DNA of 64,000 nucleotides from Octopus sinensis (Eukaryota). Numbering within the stretch: the first letter of the stretch is position 1; each line of letters begins with the position of its first letter. A program made the position numbers and the translations under genes. Below the pieces are notes generated by a model. The model searched no databases. It had not been told where the DNA came from and saw nothing but the letters and a program-made list of their open reading frames with translations. Positions 52,500 to 64,000 of this stretch are shown here, piece by piece. The stretch is from contig NC_042999.1 in the NCBI RefSeq assembly GCF_006345805.1, forward strand, positions 132,680,001-132,744,000, read 5' to 3'.

Positions 52500-52660
52500 A
52501 TGTACAACGGGAAGGTTTACGAAAATAAACTAAAGACGAAGGCAGGTGGAGTACAAACAAACAAATGTATCAGTATGGCGCTCAGGAATAGAAATAGAAC
52601 AAGTCTTTTACGTTTCGAGCCTATGCTCTTCGACAGAAAGATACACAGAAAAGAAACAAG
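52500..52660 (-). mobile_element. Short non-coding hammerhead-bearing repeat (PLE-terminal-repeat-like)
   Basis: Homologous to 58476-58590; contains the hammerhead below. Confidence 0.6.
52604..52641 (-). ncRNA. Minimal hammerhead with variant core (U at position 6)
   Basis: UCUUU-CUGUCGA-A-GAGC(AUAG)GCUC-GAA-ACGU-A-AAAGA: 5-bp stem I, 4-bp stem II, ACGU palindrome, GUA triplet. Confidence 0.65.
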
Positions 52661-53137
52661 GAAGGAAATAATGCCAGGTCACTCTCGGACGCTACTGGTA
52701 ACATGTAACCCAGTACAAACTGTTGCATGGTCGGATCGTCGGCGTCTAAATCAAGAACCCCACCAAGCTTGTTCGGTGAGGAGCGTGATTGTCGGTCAGT
52801 CTGTAGAATGAAAAATAAAACCTATATATACGCACGTACATACACACATACAATGTCATAGAGGTTGCCGAAGGATTGGTTGAATCCTTAGAACGTAGAA
52901 TAAAAATGGTTTGTGGTCTTTTTCTGGTTCTTTACGTTCTGGGTTCAAACCCCGCAAGTGTCATCTTTGTCTTTCAACAACCAGGGTGGATGATATAAAA
53001 TTTCACTCAAGTATTGGGCTCGATGGTAACAACTAACTCTTCAGCTCAAAATTGCGGCAATTTATGTCTAAATTAGAGACAGCATATATTTTCTTGTGCA
53101 TGCGTGCGTGCGCGTGAATGTGTGTGTGTGTGTATGT

Positions 53138-53169
<32 letters not shown>

Positions 53170-53889
53170 GAGAGTGTGTGTGTGTGTGTGTGTGTGTGTT
53201 GACCCATAAGTGATTTAATATGAGGAAATATATAAAATATATAAAAGATTGTTATATTATGTGAGATACGCGACATTGGAACATTTATTTTAAAATGCAT
53301 GTTAGTCAATGATATATGGTTAATAAAATTTCATTTCATGCTTATATTTGATACCGTTTTGAACCACTTATTAGTATCATACTTTTGAAAATACCATCTT
53401 TGTGTGTTTGTGTCTATGTATGTTTGTATGTATGTATGTATGTATGTATGTATGTATGTATGTATGTATGTATGTATGTATGTATGAATGTATGCATGCA
53501 TGTATGTATGGCCTGGGTATAACATCAAACTGCATTCGGTATTGAAGCTCCAGTTTAGGAGTTCTGCGGCAGTGGGGAGCGTGGAGTCACCCCTGAATTA
53601 TCATTACCTCTAGGTCCATTCTGATCTGCCAGAGTCCCATCCATGAGTTAGATAGATCTTCCAGGTATAGTGGAGTCTCTCGTTATCTTTGACGAAGCTG
53701 TGGGCAAGGCAGCTCTTCCAGGAGAAGGATACATAAACCTTGCAGTTAAAAACAGTACCAGCCATTTTGCAATGCTTGTTACTGTAATCCACGATGGTGA
53801 CCAGGCGAACAGTAAAAGCTTTATACAAGCTTTTGTAACTTCAATTGACTAGATTGCAGGAAGTAGAACTAAAGTGTAAAAGCGAATTA

Positions 53890-54740
53890 TTAAGAAACGC
53901 GAAAATACAGAGAAGGATATTTCAAGGAAACCCACCTCTCCATTACTTTTCAACATTGTACAAATTTTTCTGACAAGCATATTGATAATATCAAGGCCTG
54001 CCTGTGACCTTGCTAAAACTAGAGCGAAAACTAAATTATCTATATATGGATGATCTTAAAGTATATATCAAAAATTAAAAAGAGCTGGATTCTCCTCTCT
54101 AATTAAAGTGGTTCTCAACCGGGGTTCATATATGATTTTTAGGGTCCGCTTAACAAAATAGTAAATTGGGGATCCACGATAGTGAATCCATAATGGTGAA
54201 AAACTTTTGCTTTGTATGTATTGGTATGTACTGTCAGAAACAGCTAGGTTTCCTTTTCTAACATTTTACATAGTTCAACCTACACAAGTTGATGTGTGTA
54301 AAACAAAATAGGAATTTTGAAAGAAGTTTCTATAAAACTAGTTTTTAAACACCGAATGATTATAAAGGTCCACAAGAATAAAATAGTAATCAAAGGGGTC
54401 TATAAATATTAAATGGTTGAGAAATCCTGCTTCAAACAGTAAGAATATTTAGCAAGGTAATTCGTATGCAGTTTGGGGTGAATAAGTGCACAGTTTTAGT
54501 TATGAAGCGAAGTCGAAAGACTAAATCTGAGGACATGAAAATACCACAAGATGATTCGATTAGATGCGTGAGAGAGAATGAAGGATATAATCACCTAAAG
54601 ATACTGCAGTATCGTAAAGGGAAAGGGAAATGAGAGAGAGAGAGAGGGGGAGGGAGTGAGAGAGAGAGAATCTCCAAAAGGTTCGAGAGAATCAGGAGCG
54701 TGCTTGAAACGGCGTAAGGTAATGTCATGAAGGCAGTTTA
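53890..54740 (+). mobile_element. Ancient R4/Dong-like RT fragment interrupted by a MITE
   Basis: GIFQG, YLYMDDLK (54043-54054), KELDS | QTVRIFSKVIRMQFGVNKCTVLVMKR..EGYNHL. Confidence 0.8.
54106..54429. mobile_element. hAT-like MITE
   Basis: Ends AAGTGGTTCTCAACC / GGTTGAGAAATCCTG resemble CAGTGGTTCTCAACC-type hAT TIRs; TSD not discernible. Confidence 0.6.
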
Positions 54741-54949
54741 TATGTTAGATTTGCCATGTTAGACTTGCTGAGATACTTTGCTTCTTTTTTAAAAGTGCAC
54801 GAGGACAGAGCTACCGTGATTAGTTAAAACTCGACCGCATGATGCAGGCCGCTTTATAAATAATATCGACAAACTCCACTTACCAAGAAGGAAAGCTGCA
54901 GAGATTTGTTAAAAGCAAAAAAAAAAAAACATGTACTGACGACGACGAC

Positions 54950-54988
<39 letters not shown>

Positions 54989-54997
54989 AAAAACTAT

Positions 54998-55540
54998 CCT
55001 GATGCAGTGCCAGGCAATGACTCTCATAGACTCTGATCCTAACTGATTGTTTTGTCTTAGTGTAAAAGATGGACTACAACAAAATATTCTGCTCAATACC
55101 ACAGATTTGCTTGTCGGTTGCTTGACCTTAAACAGCTTGAGCATGTCCCTTTGTGGCTGACGATATATGCATCTCTGTTCACGAGCAGAGTAGTAGGGGA
55201 GCATCATAGCTATTTGTTGAGAAGAATTATTTGAGGTTTGAATAATTCACCCCTGGAAACGGGTATTTCATTCATCATCCTTAAACAACTCTTATTCAGG
55301 AACCTTTTAAGCGGAATGAGTTAATCTACCTGAAGAGAGTTCTAACTGAGCCTCACCTACAAGGTCATGCGTTGTTTATCTTGATATGAGATCACCGTGT
55401 CACGCACATATGGTTGTGATGCACATGCCTGTGTACCCTTATCAGACGGGTAGTCATGATGAGTAGGTTGGGCTTCGTATATTTGTACCCCAGTATTACT
55501 TTGATGGCACGCGTTGCTCTCTCTCTGTTTCTCTCTATCA
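54998..55540 (+). mobile_element. Family D repeat, apparently full length
   Basis: Starts CCTGATGCAGTGCCAGG after (TGA)n, ends CTCTCTATCAATAATAAT. Confidence 0.85.
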
Positions 55541-55752
55541 ATAATAATAATAAGAAGAACTTCAAATTGTGGCACAAGGACAGAAATTTCGGGGGAGAAG
55601 TTAAATCACTTACACCGATCCCAGTACTTGACTAATACTTTATTTTATCGACCGCAAAAGAATGGAAAGCAAAGTTGACTTAGACGGAATTTGAACGCAG
55701 AAGGTAAGGGCCCAGAAAAAATATTGCATACCATTTCTTACGATGTTCTAAC

Positions 55753-55792
<40 letters not shown>

Positions 55793-55881
55793 TAATAATA
55801 ATAATAATGATAGTAACAACATTCCCCTTTGAAATTTTGAGGGACAAAACTCATACCAACTCATCGATTACTTATTGGTAC

Positions 55882-56275
55882 TTATTACACACATGTGAGT
55901 GAGAACACTTTGAGATATTTTTGGTATCTAACATATGTCAGATACTGCGAGCGCTGCTTCTGATTGGTCAATCCATGGTGATGACCCGAGGTCACGGTGA
56001 CAGCGCTGCTTCTGATTGGTCAATCCATGGTGATGACCCGAAATCACGGTGACGGCCTTACTTTTGTCATTCATAAGTTACAACTAAACATGAAGAATTT
56101 AGTTATTGGGTTAATAAAATATGGTCGTTTACTCGTGTGTAATAAATAAAATACCAAACTCATTCCCTATGGATACCGTATTTATTACAACTCGTGGCTT
56201 TATTACAACTACGTTTACAAGCCACTCGTTGTAATAAATACGGTATCCATAGGGAACTCGTTTGGTATTCTCTAT
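55882..56275. mobile_element. Non-autonomous DNA element with 11-bp sub-terminal IR, 52-bp tandem duplication and 51-bp-arm hairpin (Crypton/Helentron-like, tentative)
   Basis: TTATTACACAC (55882) / GTGTGTAATAA (56135-56145); hairpin arms 56150-56200 and 56219-56269. Confidence 0.55.
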
Positions 56276-56610
56276 TTATTTCACAACTCCGAAAAGATGA
56301 AGAGCAAGATCGACCTCAGCGGAATTTGAACTCAGAACGTAAGGCTTGCTAAACATTTTGTGCGGTAACGATTCTGCCAGCTCGCCGCCTTAACAACAAC
56401 AACAAACCTTTGTGCTACAGGCACAAGTCCTGAAATTTGGGGGAGTGAGATCGTCGATTACTTTAACACCGGTACTTGACAGGTTGTTATTTTATCAGCC
56501 CTTAGAGGATGAAAAGCAAAAATCGACCTTAGCAGAATTCGAACACAGAACGTAAAGACGGAAAAAGTGCCGCTAAGTTCGGCGGGTTAACGATTCTGCC
56601 AGCTCGCTGA
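56270..56610 (-). mobile_element. Two tandem SINE family A copies
   Basis: GGAATTTGAACTCAGAACGTAA..GATTCTGCCAGCTCGC twice. Confidence 0.7.
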
Positions 56611-57679
56611 ATAATAATATGTAGACTCTATTGTTTCATTAGGTAGCTACAGTGAGACTAGTAAGCTAACAGCAATGCATTCATACAACTGTCTCTGAAC
56701 TTTGTGGTTTTTAATAAGTCCGTTTTTGTGTGTCCCCAACGTCCTTCCGTATTTCTTCCTTTCTTTTACAATAGTCTTCAGCTGTTTTGTCGTGTCATTG
56801 ACTTCAATGGATGTCACCTCCCCCATCACTTATTTCTCCTTCCCTTTCCTCATGAACCAATCTACATCTCATTTATTCCTACAGACACTTCACTCCTACT
56901 GTGTCTGCCTACCTGCCTGCCTGCCTGCATATCTATCTGTCTGCCAGCCTGTCTGTTCGTCAGCCTGCCTGTTTCTTGCTCTCTGAATGCATACACATAC
57001 TCACTACAAACACACAAGCACATAATGTAATGTATGTATCCATGTATGTATATGTGTGTATGTATGAATGCATGTATGTATTGTATGTATGCGTGCATAT
57101 ATGTATGTATGTATGTATGTATGTGTTGTATGTATGTATGTATATATATATATGTGTGTGTACGTATATATGTATATATATATATGTATATATATGTATG
57201 TATATATGTATATATATATATATGTATATGTGTATATGTATATATATATGTATATATATGTATGTACTTATATATATACACATATATAGGGATATATGCA
57301 TACGTGTATGTGTGTATGTGTGTGTGTGTGTGTTTAGCATTCTACCATTTATTGGTTTTCTTTCTATTCTCTTCCATCATCGATGGTGACTATTGTATTG
57401 AGTCATGTAGGTTGTGTAGATGTATATGTGTGGGTTTGAGAGAAAGAAGAGACAGACAAGCAGACAGAGAAGAAATATAAATAAAGTGAGATTAAATGTG
57501 GTGAGAGAGAGACAAGAGAGTGAGTGCGAGTGAAAGAGGGAGATAAAAAATCTAGCGTGCAGTAAAGAAGAAAGTTGTCTCGGGGAAAGTGAAAGTAAGA
57601 AAAATAGGGATGGAGAGGGACGTTTGAATGAAAATAGAGACATGAAGTAGATAGGATAGGGTAGGAAGAGTGAAATGGG

Positions 57680-57728
<49 letters not shown>

Positions 57729-57729
57729 T

Positions 57730-57761
<32 letters not shown>

Positions 57762-58235
57762 AGGGGAGGGTGTGGAGACAATATAAGACTTCAAAATGTG
57801 GAAGGAAAGAGAGGGAGGGAAAGAGAGAGGTAAGTTGATGAAAATAGCAAGATATAGAAAATTAAGTGGTGGAAATATAAGTGTAAAGCATAAAGAGAGT
57901 GGGTGTAAGAAAAAATGCGGAGGGAGAAAGAGAAAAACACAGAGAGAAAGAGGGGGAATGAGAGAGAAGAGAGAGAGAGAGAGAGAAGTTTAGAGCGATA
58001 GAGAGTTAGATATGCGAGAGCCGAGGAAATTGAAAATCTCGGTGTAGTCAGGTAGTAACATGGACTTGTGAATGTCCAGCAAGAAAAATACCAGAGAACA
58101 GCACATGTTTATTCTCGTTGTTCACACGAAACATTTAGAGGATAGAGGGGACGAGAGTCAGTAGACGCGACTTCAGCAGCCATCCAGTATATTGAGAGCT
58201 TGTACACAAGTATTTTCAATATTTCAAGAGTTCAA

Positions 58236-58450
58236 GACGGCGAATAGGCAGAATCGTTAGCAAGCCTGCTAACCACTTAGCGGCATTTCGTCCGTCTTTA
58301 CGTTCTGAGTTCAAATTTCGCCAAGGTCGATTTTGTCTTTCATCCTATCAAAGTCGATAAAATAAGTACCAATCGAGCGCTGGGGTTAATGTTATCGACT
58401 TATCCCTATACTGAAATTGCTGGTCTTGTGCCAAAATTTGAAACCAATAT
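58236..58450 (+). mobile_element. SINE family A
   Basis: GGCGAATAGGCAGAATCGTTAG..TTCTGAGTTCAAATT..CCAAAATTTGAAACC. Confidence 0.8.
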
Positions 58451-58475
58451 TTCAAGAATTCTTCATATATATATA

Positions 58476-58640
58476 TAGGGAGAGTTTACAAACAAAAACA
58501 AAAGACGAAGACAGGTGGTGTACAAAACAAACAGATCTATTAGTATAACGCAGAAAAAAACACAGAAAAAAAAACAAGGAGAGAAACTAGGAGAAAAAAA
58601 TGTGTCGTGGCTAACGATCTATCATGGCGACAGAAGGGTT
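58476..58640 (-). mobile_element. Second copy of the 52500 repeat lacking the hammerhead
   Basis: AAAGACGAAG.CAGGTGG.GTACAAA..AGTAT..CGC|AGAAA..ACACAGAAAA aligns, with a 53-bp gap. Confidence 0.65.
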
Positions 58641-59186
58641 ACACAGGAGAGCGAAGAAGTAGGGGAAATAACAAACTAAAGATGACCCCCCAACACGAAG
58701 GTGCGTGTGTGTATAAGAGAGTAGGTATGTGCGTGTGAAAGAGGGCTGGTGGTCTGGACGTGTGCGTGTATGTATGTGTAGGTGTGAAAATGTGGGGATG
58801 GAAATTGGTCAGTGCTGGTGTGTGGGTGGTGTGTTGTGATGTGATGTGTAATGCTGTATGGTGTAGTGTGGTGTGGTGTGATGTTGTTGGGAGATGGGGG
58901 AGGCGAGGATAAGATCGTTAATTTAAATATCGATCTTATCAAGTGGCCAGCATGGGAATAAAAATCTTCAAAGGTAATAATTATTATTAAAATCATAATG
59001 TAAGGTATCTAAGAGATACCACCACGCTGGGAATAGCAGCCAAAACTTAAGTTTTGGCTGGTATTTCCAGCGTGATAGATACCCTAAACTATAATTTTAA
59101 TATATATATTAAAATTATATATATATATATTAAAATTATATTATATAATATATATAATTTGTGGATGTGTGTGTGCGCGTGTGTGT

Positions 59187-59535
59187 AGGCGCAGGCGTGG
59201 TTGTGTAGTAAGCACTCCGGGCGAAATGCTTAGCAGTATTTCGTCTGCCCGTTACCTTCTGAGTTCAAATTCCGCCGAGGTCGACTTTGCCTTTCATCCT
59301 TTCGGGGTCGATAAATTAAGTACCAGTTACGCACTGGGGTCGGTGTAATCGACTTAATGCCTTTGTTTGTCCTTTCTGTGTAGCCCCTTGTGGGCAGTAA
59401 AGAAATAAGAAGTTTTCTTCCCAATAACAGGGTTTCAGATTCGGTCCCATTGCTGCGTAGCACTTTCACTTTAGGCAAGTGTCTTCTACTATAACCTCGG
59501 GTTTGCTAAAGACTTGTGAGTGGATTTGATAAAGG
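59187..59535 (+). mobile_element. SINE family B head with nested young family A copy (59213-59406)
   Basis: B head AGGCGCAGGCGTGGTTGTGTAGTAAG interrupted; resumes AAGAAGTTTTCTTCCC..TTAGGCAAGTGTCTTCTACTATA. Confidence 0.8.
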
Positions 59536-61344
59536 GAAATTGATAGAAACCCGTTACATGTGTATGCGCATGTGTGTTTGCACGCGCGCGCGGTCGTGTA
59601 TGTGTACGTGTACGTGTGTGTATGTACGCGTGTATGTGTGTGTGCGTGTATGTGGTTTTGTGTGTGTGTGTGTGTAATAAACTAAAAAGAAAGATAAGTG
59701 AACAATTGGTGTCGGGTCAGATTATATATTTATACAGCGTACAGAGAGAAGCTAATGCGTAAAGGAGTTTTAATTACAAGCGATTGGTAAAAGTTCCACT
59801 AAAGAACGTTCATAAAGGTTGTAATATATTCTGGTATATTCTCGGAATAGTTATAAGGCAAGTCTATTGCTTTGACACGACACATTACCGTAGGTATGAA
59901 GTCATCACTACCAAATCCATTCACAAGACTTTGGTCGGCCCGAGGCTATAGTAGAAGACACTTGCTCAAGCTGTCAATCAGCGGGACTGAATCCAGAACC
60001 ACGTGGTTTCGAACCAGGCGCTTTACGACACATCACGCCTTCATCCATCCCCTCTCCATCCATCCATCCATCCATTCATCCATCCATCCATCCATCCATC
60101 CATACATCCATACATACATAGACACACACACACACATTCACACACACACACATATCACATTTTATAAACAACAGCATCGTTGGTTACAGATTTTTAATAG
60201 GTTATCACTGGTTTCCTTCATCTACGACAGCAAGGATGAGAATGCTGTGTCTTTGCAATTCGAGCGATACGGATATCACGTTAGCTACCGTTATTTGAAA
60301 GCAAATATGTATCGGGTGGATAAATTTCAACCAAACTTCTAACCACTTCTGTAAATTATAACGACCGACCTAGGAAGAAAATGCTTTCTTCCCGCCTTAA
60401 AACACCGTCTTTACCTCAATAGAGCCTGCTCTGATTTGCATCATCCGAAAACAAATCAAGAAAGATAACCCCATTACCTTCTGGACAAATTTCTTCAAAG
60501 CATACCAGATAAACCATCTATACCTCGATACATTTCAGTCAACAACAACTCCCTACTTGAATGGATCATTATGCCACAAAACCTGACTTAAAAATGACTT
60601 AACAGATCCTATCAGGTGGTGCTGTTAAGGTACACGTTGCCTGGGTCAATCTTTGGCAGAAACATATCTAAGACATCTAAGTTATCTCCCCTAGTCAGTA
60701 CTTGGCTAGTGCTTAGTTTATCGACACTGCGGACAGCAAATATAAAGTCAGCACCGATAGGCCTTGAACTTAGAATGGAAAGACAAGTCTTCTTTCTAAT
60801 TTTTGGCACACAGACGGCAATTTTGAGGGGAGGGGAATGTCACCTGCATCGACCTCAACTAGTACTTATTTTATCGACTCTGAAAGGATAAAAGGCAAAG
60901 CCAACTTCGGAGAAATTTGAACTCAGAACCAAAAGCCGGAAGAAATGCTGCAAAGAATTTTGACCGGTGTTCTAACAATTCTGTCAGTGCGCATAGTAAT
61001 GATGGCGAATAGGAAGAGTATTTAGAATGCTTGGCAATATTTGTTTCAAATATCTACTCTCAATGTTCAAATACCGCTGAGTTCAGCCTTTTCTTTCAGC
61101 CATTTGGGGTCGATGAAAACAAAATACGATAACAATCCAGATTGTTGGATTGGCGAAACTGTAAGGACGGTGTACCGGATACCTTATGGTAGCTGTACAT
61201 TCAACGGAGTTCGCTCTATCGCAAGCATTCAGAACACATCTTCGGTTAGGGTATACCTAGCTATTTCTCACTCACCATCCTGGGAGGCCTCGTAACGTGT
61301 CATAGAACTCACTTATCTTCTGACGATAAGACAATAGTTATATG

Positions 61345-62005
61345 ATATTGGTTTCAAATTTTGGCATAAGGTAAGTCGATTATATCGACTCTAGTGTTCA
61401 ACTAATACTTATTTTATCGACCTAGAAAGGGATGAAAGGCAAAGTCCACCTCAGCAAAATTTGAACTCAGAATGTAAAAACGGACGAAATACGGCGAAGC
61501 ATTTTGCCCAGCATGGCAACGATTCTGCTAAATCGCTGCTTTAGTCTTGATTAATATTGGTTTCAAATGTTAGAACAAGGCCAGCAATTTTCGGGGAGGG
61601 ACTTAGTCGATTGCATCGACCCCAGTGTTCAACTGATATTTATTTTATCAACCCTGAAAGGATGAAAAGCAAAGTGGACCTCGGCGGAATTTGAACTCAG
61701 AACGTAAAGACAGACGAAATGCCGCGAGGCATTTTGCCCGGCGTGCTAACGGTTCTGCCAGCTCGCCGCCTCAGTCTTCACTAATTTTGCTTTCAAATTT
61801 TGGTACAAGGCCCGCAATTTAGGGAGAAGTACCAAGTCGATTACATCAATCCCAGGGCTTAACTGGTACATATTTTATCGGCCCTGAAAGGATGAAAGCA
61901 AAAGTCGACATCGGCGGAATTTGAACTCAGAACGTAAAGACGGACGAAATGCCGCGAAGCATTTTGCCCAGTGTCTTCATGATTCTTCTAGCTCGTCGTC
62001 TTAGA
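61345..62005 (-). mobile_element. Tandem array of three SINE family A units (about 230-bp period)
   Basis: Three colinear units sharing the variant GCGA(A/G)GCATTTTGCCC and similar spacers. Confidence 0.85.
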
Positions 62006-62264
62006 CACCAGAGTAATATTGAAAACTGTGTTTCTGTACTTATGTTTCACCATTCTGTTTAGTCTAACACCGTCAGCAATAAAAATAGCAAAAATAATAA
62101 TTTCTTAGAAAATAGTACATTTTGAGGATAAGTTATTGTTAGTATAATCTATCTTCTTACTTTACTACTTCACTTGTACTTATGATTTTTAGTCTGGAAT
62201 TCCCAGGAAAATAAGCAAAAGAAAAACGAATTTGTAGATGGTAGGGTATTAATCTTAGAACCAC

Positions 62265-62605
62265 ATGCTTCCCAACCACTGTGTGACACCTTGGGCAAGT
62301 GTCTTCTACTATAGCTTCAGGCCGACCAAAGCCTTGTGAAACTGAAAGAAGTCGTTGTATATGTGTATATATTTATGTGTGTGTGTGTGTTCCTTTGTGT
62401 CTGTGTTTGTCCCTCACCCCACCATCGCTTGACAACCAGTGTCGGTGTGTTTACGTCCACGTAATTTAGCGGTTCGGCACAAGAGACCGATAGAATAAGT
62501 ACTAGACTTACAAAGAATAAATCCTAGGTTCGATTTCTTTGACTAAAAAGCCCTTTAAGGCGGTGCTCCAGCATAGCTGTAATCAAATGACCGAAACAAG
62601 TAGAA
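62265..62605 (+). mobile_element. SINE family B
   Basis: GTGTGACACCTTGGGCAAGTGTCTTCTACTATAGC..GCGGTGCTCCAGCATAGC. Confidence 0.8.
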
Positions 62606-63628
62606 GGGCATTCTATGAAGCATTCGATCCAATGATCTTCCGATTCACTAGTCCAACGCCCTAAAATTACAACCATCGCTAAAATTACAGTCACTAGTAA
62701 CACTGCCAACAATAAATGCAAATAGAAGAAGTCCCTCCGTGGTCGCTCGACTTGCTAAAAGTAACTGCTAAGATATCCTCAAATCATATTCAGCCGTCTT
62801 AGGAAATGCATGCTGGGTAATGTTGAGCCCAGTTCTCTGTTCACAGGAAAAATATGAGATAGCTACGGCATTCCAAACATGACCATCTCGTATTTCTATG
62901 TTTCCTTAAATCATAGGTTTACTTCCTCAGGACTACACAAGGGTTAAGCAACAACATCAACAACAACACAACAACAACAACAACAACAAAAAGAAGTTGA
63001 ATTAATAATAGCAAAAATATCAACTGAAACGATTGCAGTAAATCATCTAGCTGTTTATTCATTTGTCATTGCTTGCAGCCGTTCTCCTGTCGTTATCCCC
63101 TACACTACACCAATACCCGACTAATCTTCACATATACATACGCAAGCGCACGCAGTTCATATATATTATAAGCATACACCGATTCTTTTTCTTAGAACAA
63201 AACAAAATAGCAATAGAACATAACTCAACTTTCCCCGCAGTGATCCGTCCTTTTGTCAACACTCTAATTCTTATTGCAGATGTTTTACTTACCGAATTTG
63301 TATGGAACTGCGGTAAATCAGACCAGCAGATGCAAAACCGGAAACAAGTGTCTTAATCTAGCCGGCTGTATTTCCAGATTATTTGCTATCCCATAATTCA
63401 ATTGGCAAGGAAATGACGTTGAGTGGCTGTGATGTCCAGAAAATGAGGAGTTATATTATGACCATCGATTATAACATGTTTTTTTAATTTTATTTTTGCA
63501 CTTACTTATAACAATATCATTTCAGGAAGCAACAAATTTATTCTTAACCCTCTATGAATATGGATGTGTGTGTGTGTATTAGTATGACTGTCTGTCTCAA
63601 TGCATCAGCTGCTTATTTACTCATGGAC

Positions 63629-63659
<31 letters not shown>

Positions 63660-63814
63660 TGTATGTATGTATGTATGTATGTATGTATGTATGTATGTAT
63701 GTTTGTGTGTATGTATGTATGTATGTATGTATGTATGTATGTACGTACGTACGTACGTACGTACGTACGTATGTATGTATGTATGTATGTATGTATGTAT
63801 GTATGTATGTATGT

Positions 63815-63852
<38 letters not shown>

Positions 63853-64000
63853 TATAATGATATATATTATAATTCCCCTATCACTCCTTTCTCTGTGTGT
63901 ATATAGTATATAGTATGGATAACATGAAGCTTTGCAAAATAGAATTAAAATTGTTTTAGGAAGTCACGACAATATATGTCTACTAAATTCACTCAATTTA

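Noticed and set aside
60340-60600. Possible PLE RT thumb relic
   Set aside because: Only vague similarity across several frames
61345-62005. Regularly spaced repeats as a CRISPR-like array
   Set aside because: Units are about 200-bp SINE copies in a eukaryotic context; no short repeat/unique spacer structure and no cas genes

Overview
AT-rich eukaryotic DNA dominated by microsatellites, tRNA-derived SINEs and decayed transposons. The repeat families look like those of a coleoid cephalopod, probably Octopus (recognised from memory, not from a database search). No intact host protein-coding gene can be supported, and most ORFs in the track are translations of microsatellites. Recognisable coding remnants come from R4/Dong-like RLE LINEs (one young copy with an intact 318-aa C-terminus, sitting in (TAA)n arrays), two RTE LINEs, a Tx1/L1 fragment, Tc1, mariner and rosa-like DNA transposons, and Penelope-like (GIY-YIG) elements. 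The main non-obvious signal is four hand-foldable type I hammerhead ribozymes (14936-15006, 45339-45389, 45778-45823, 52604-52641). One lies in the 3' repeat of a GIY-YIG Penelope element, and long fold-back palindromes are centred on or next to hammerhead motifs. All folds and alignments were done by eye; repeat boundaries without a TSD or TIR are approximate.
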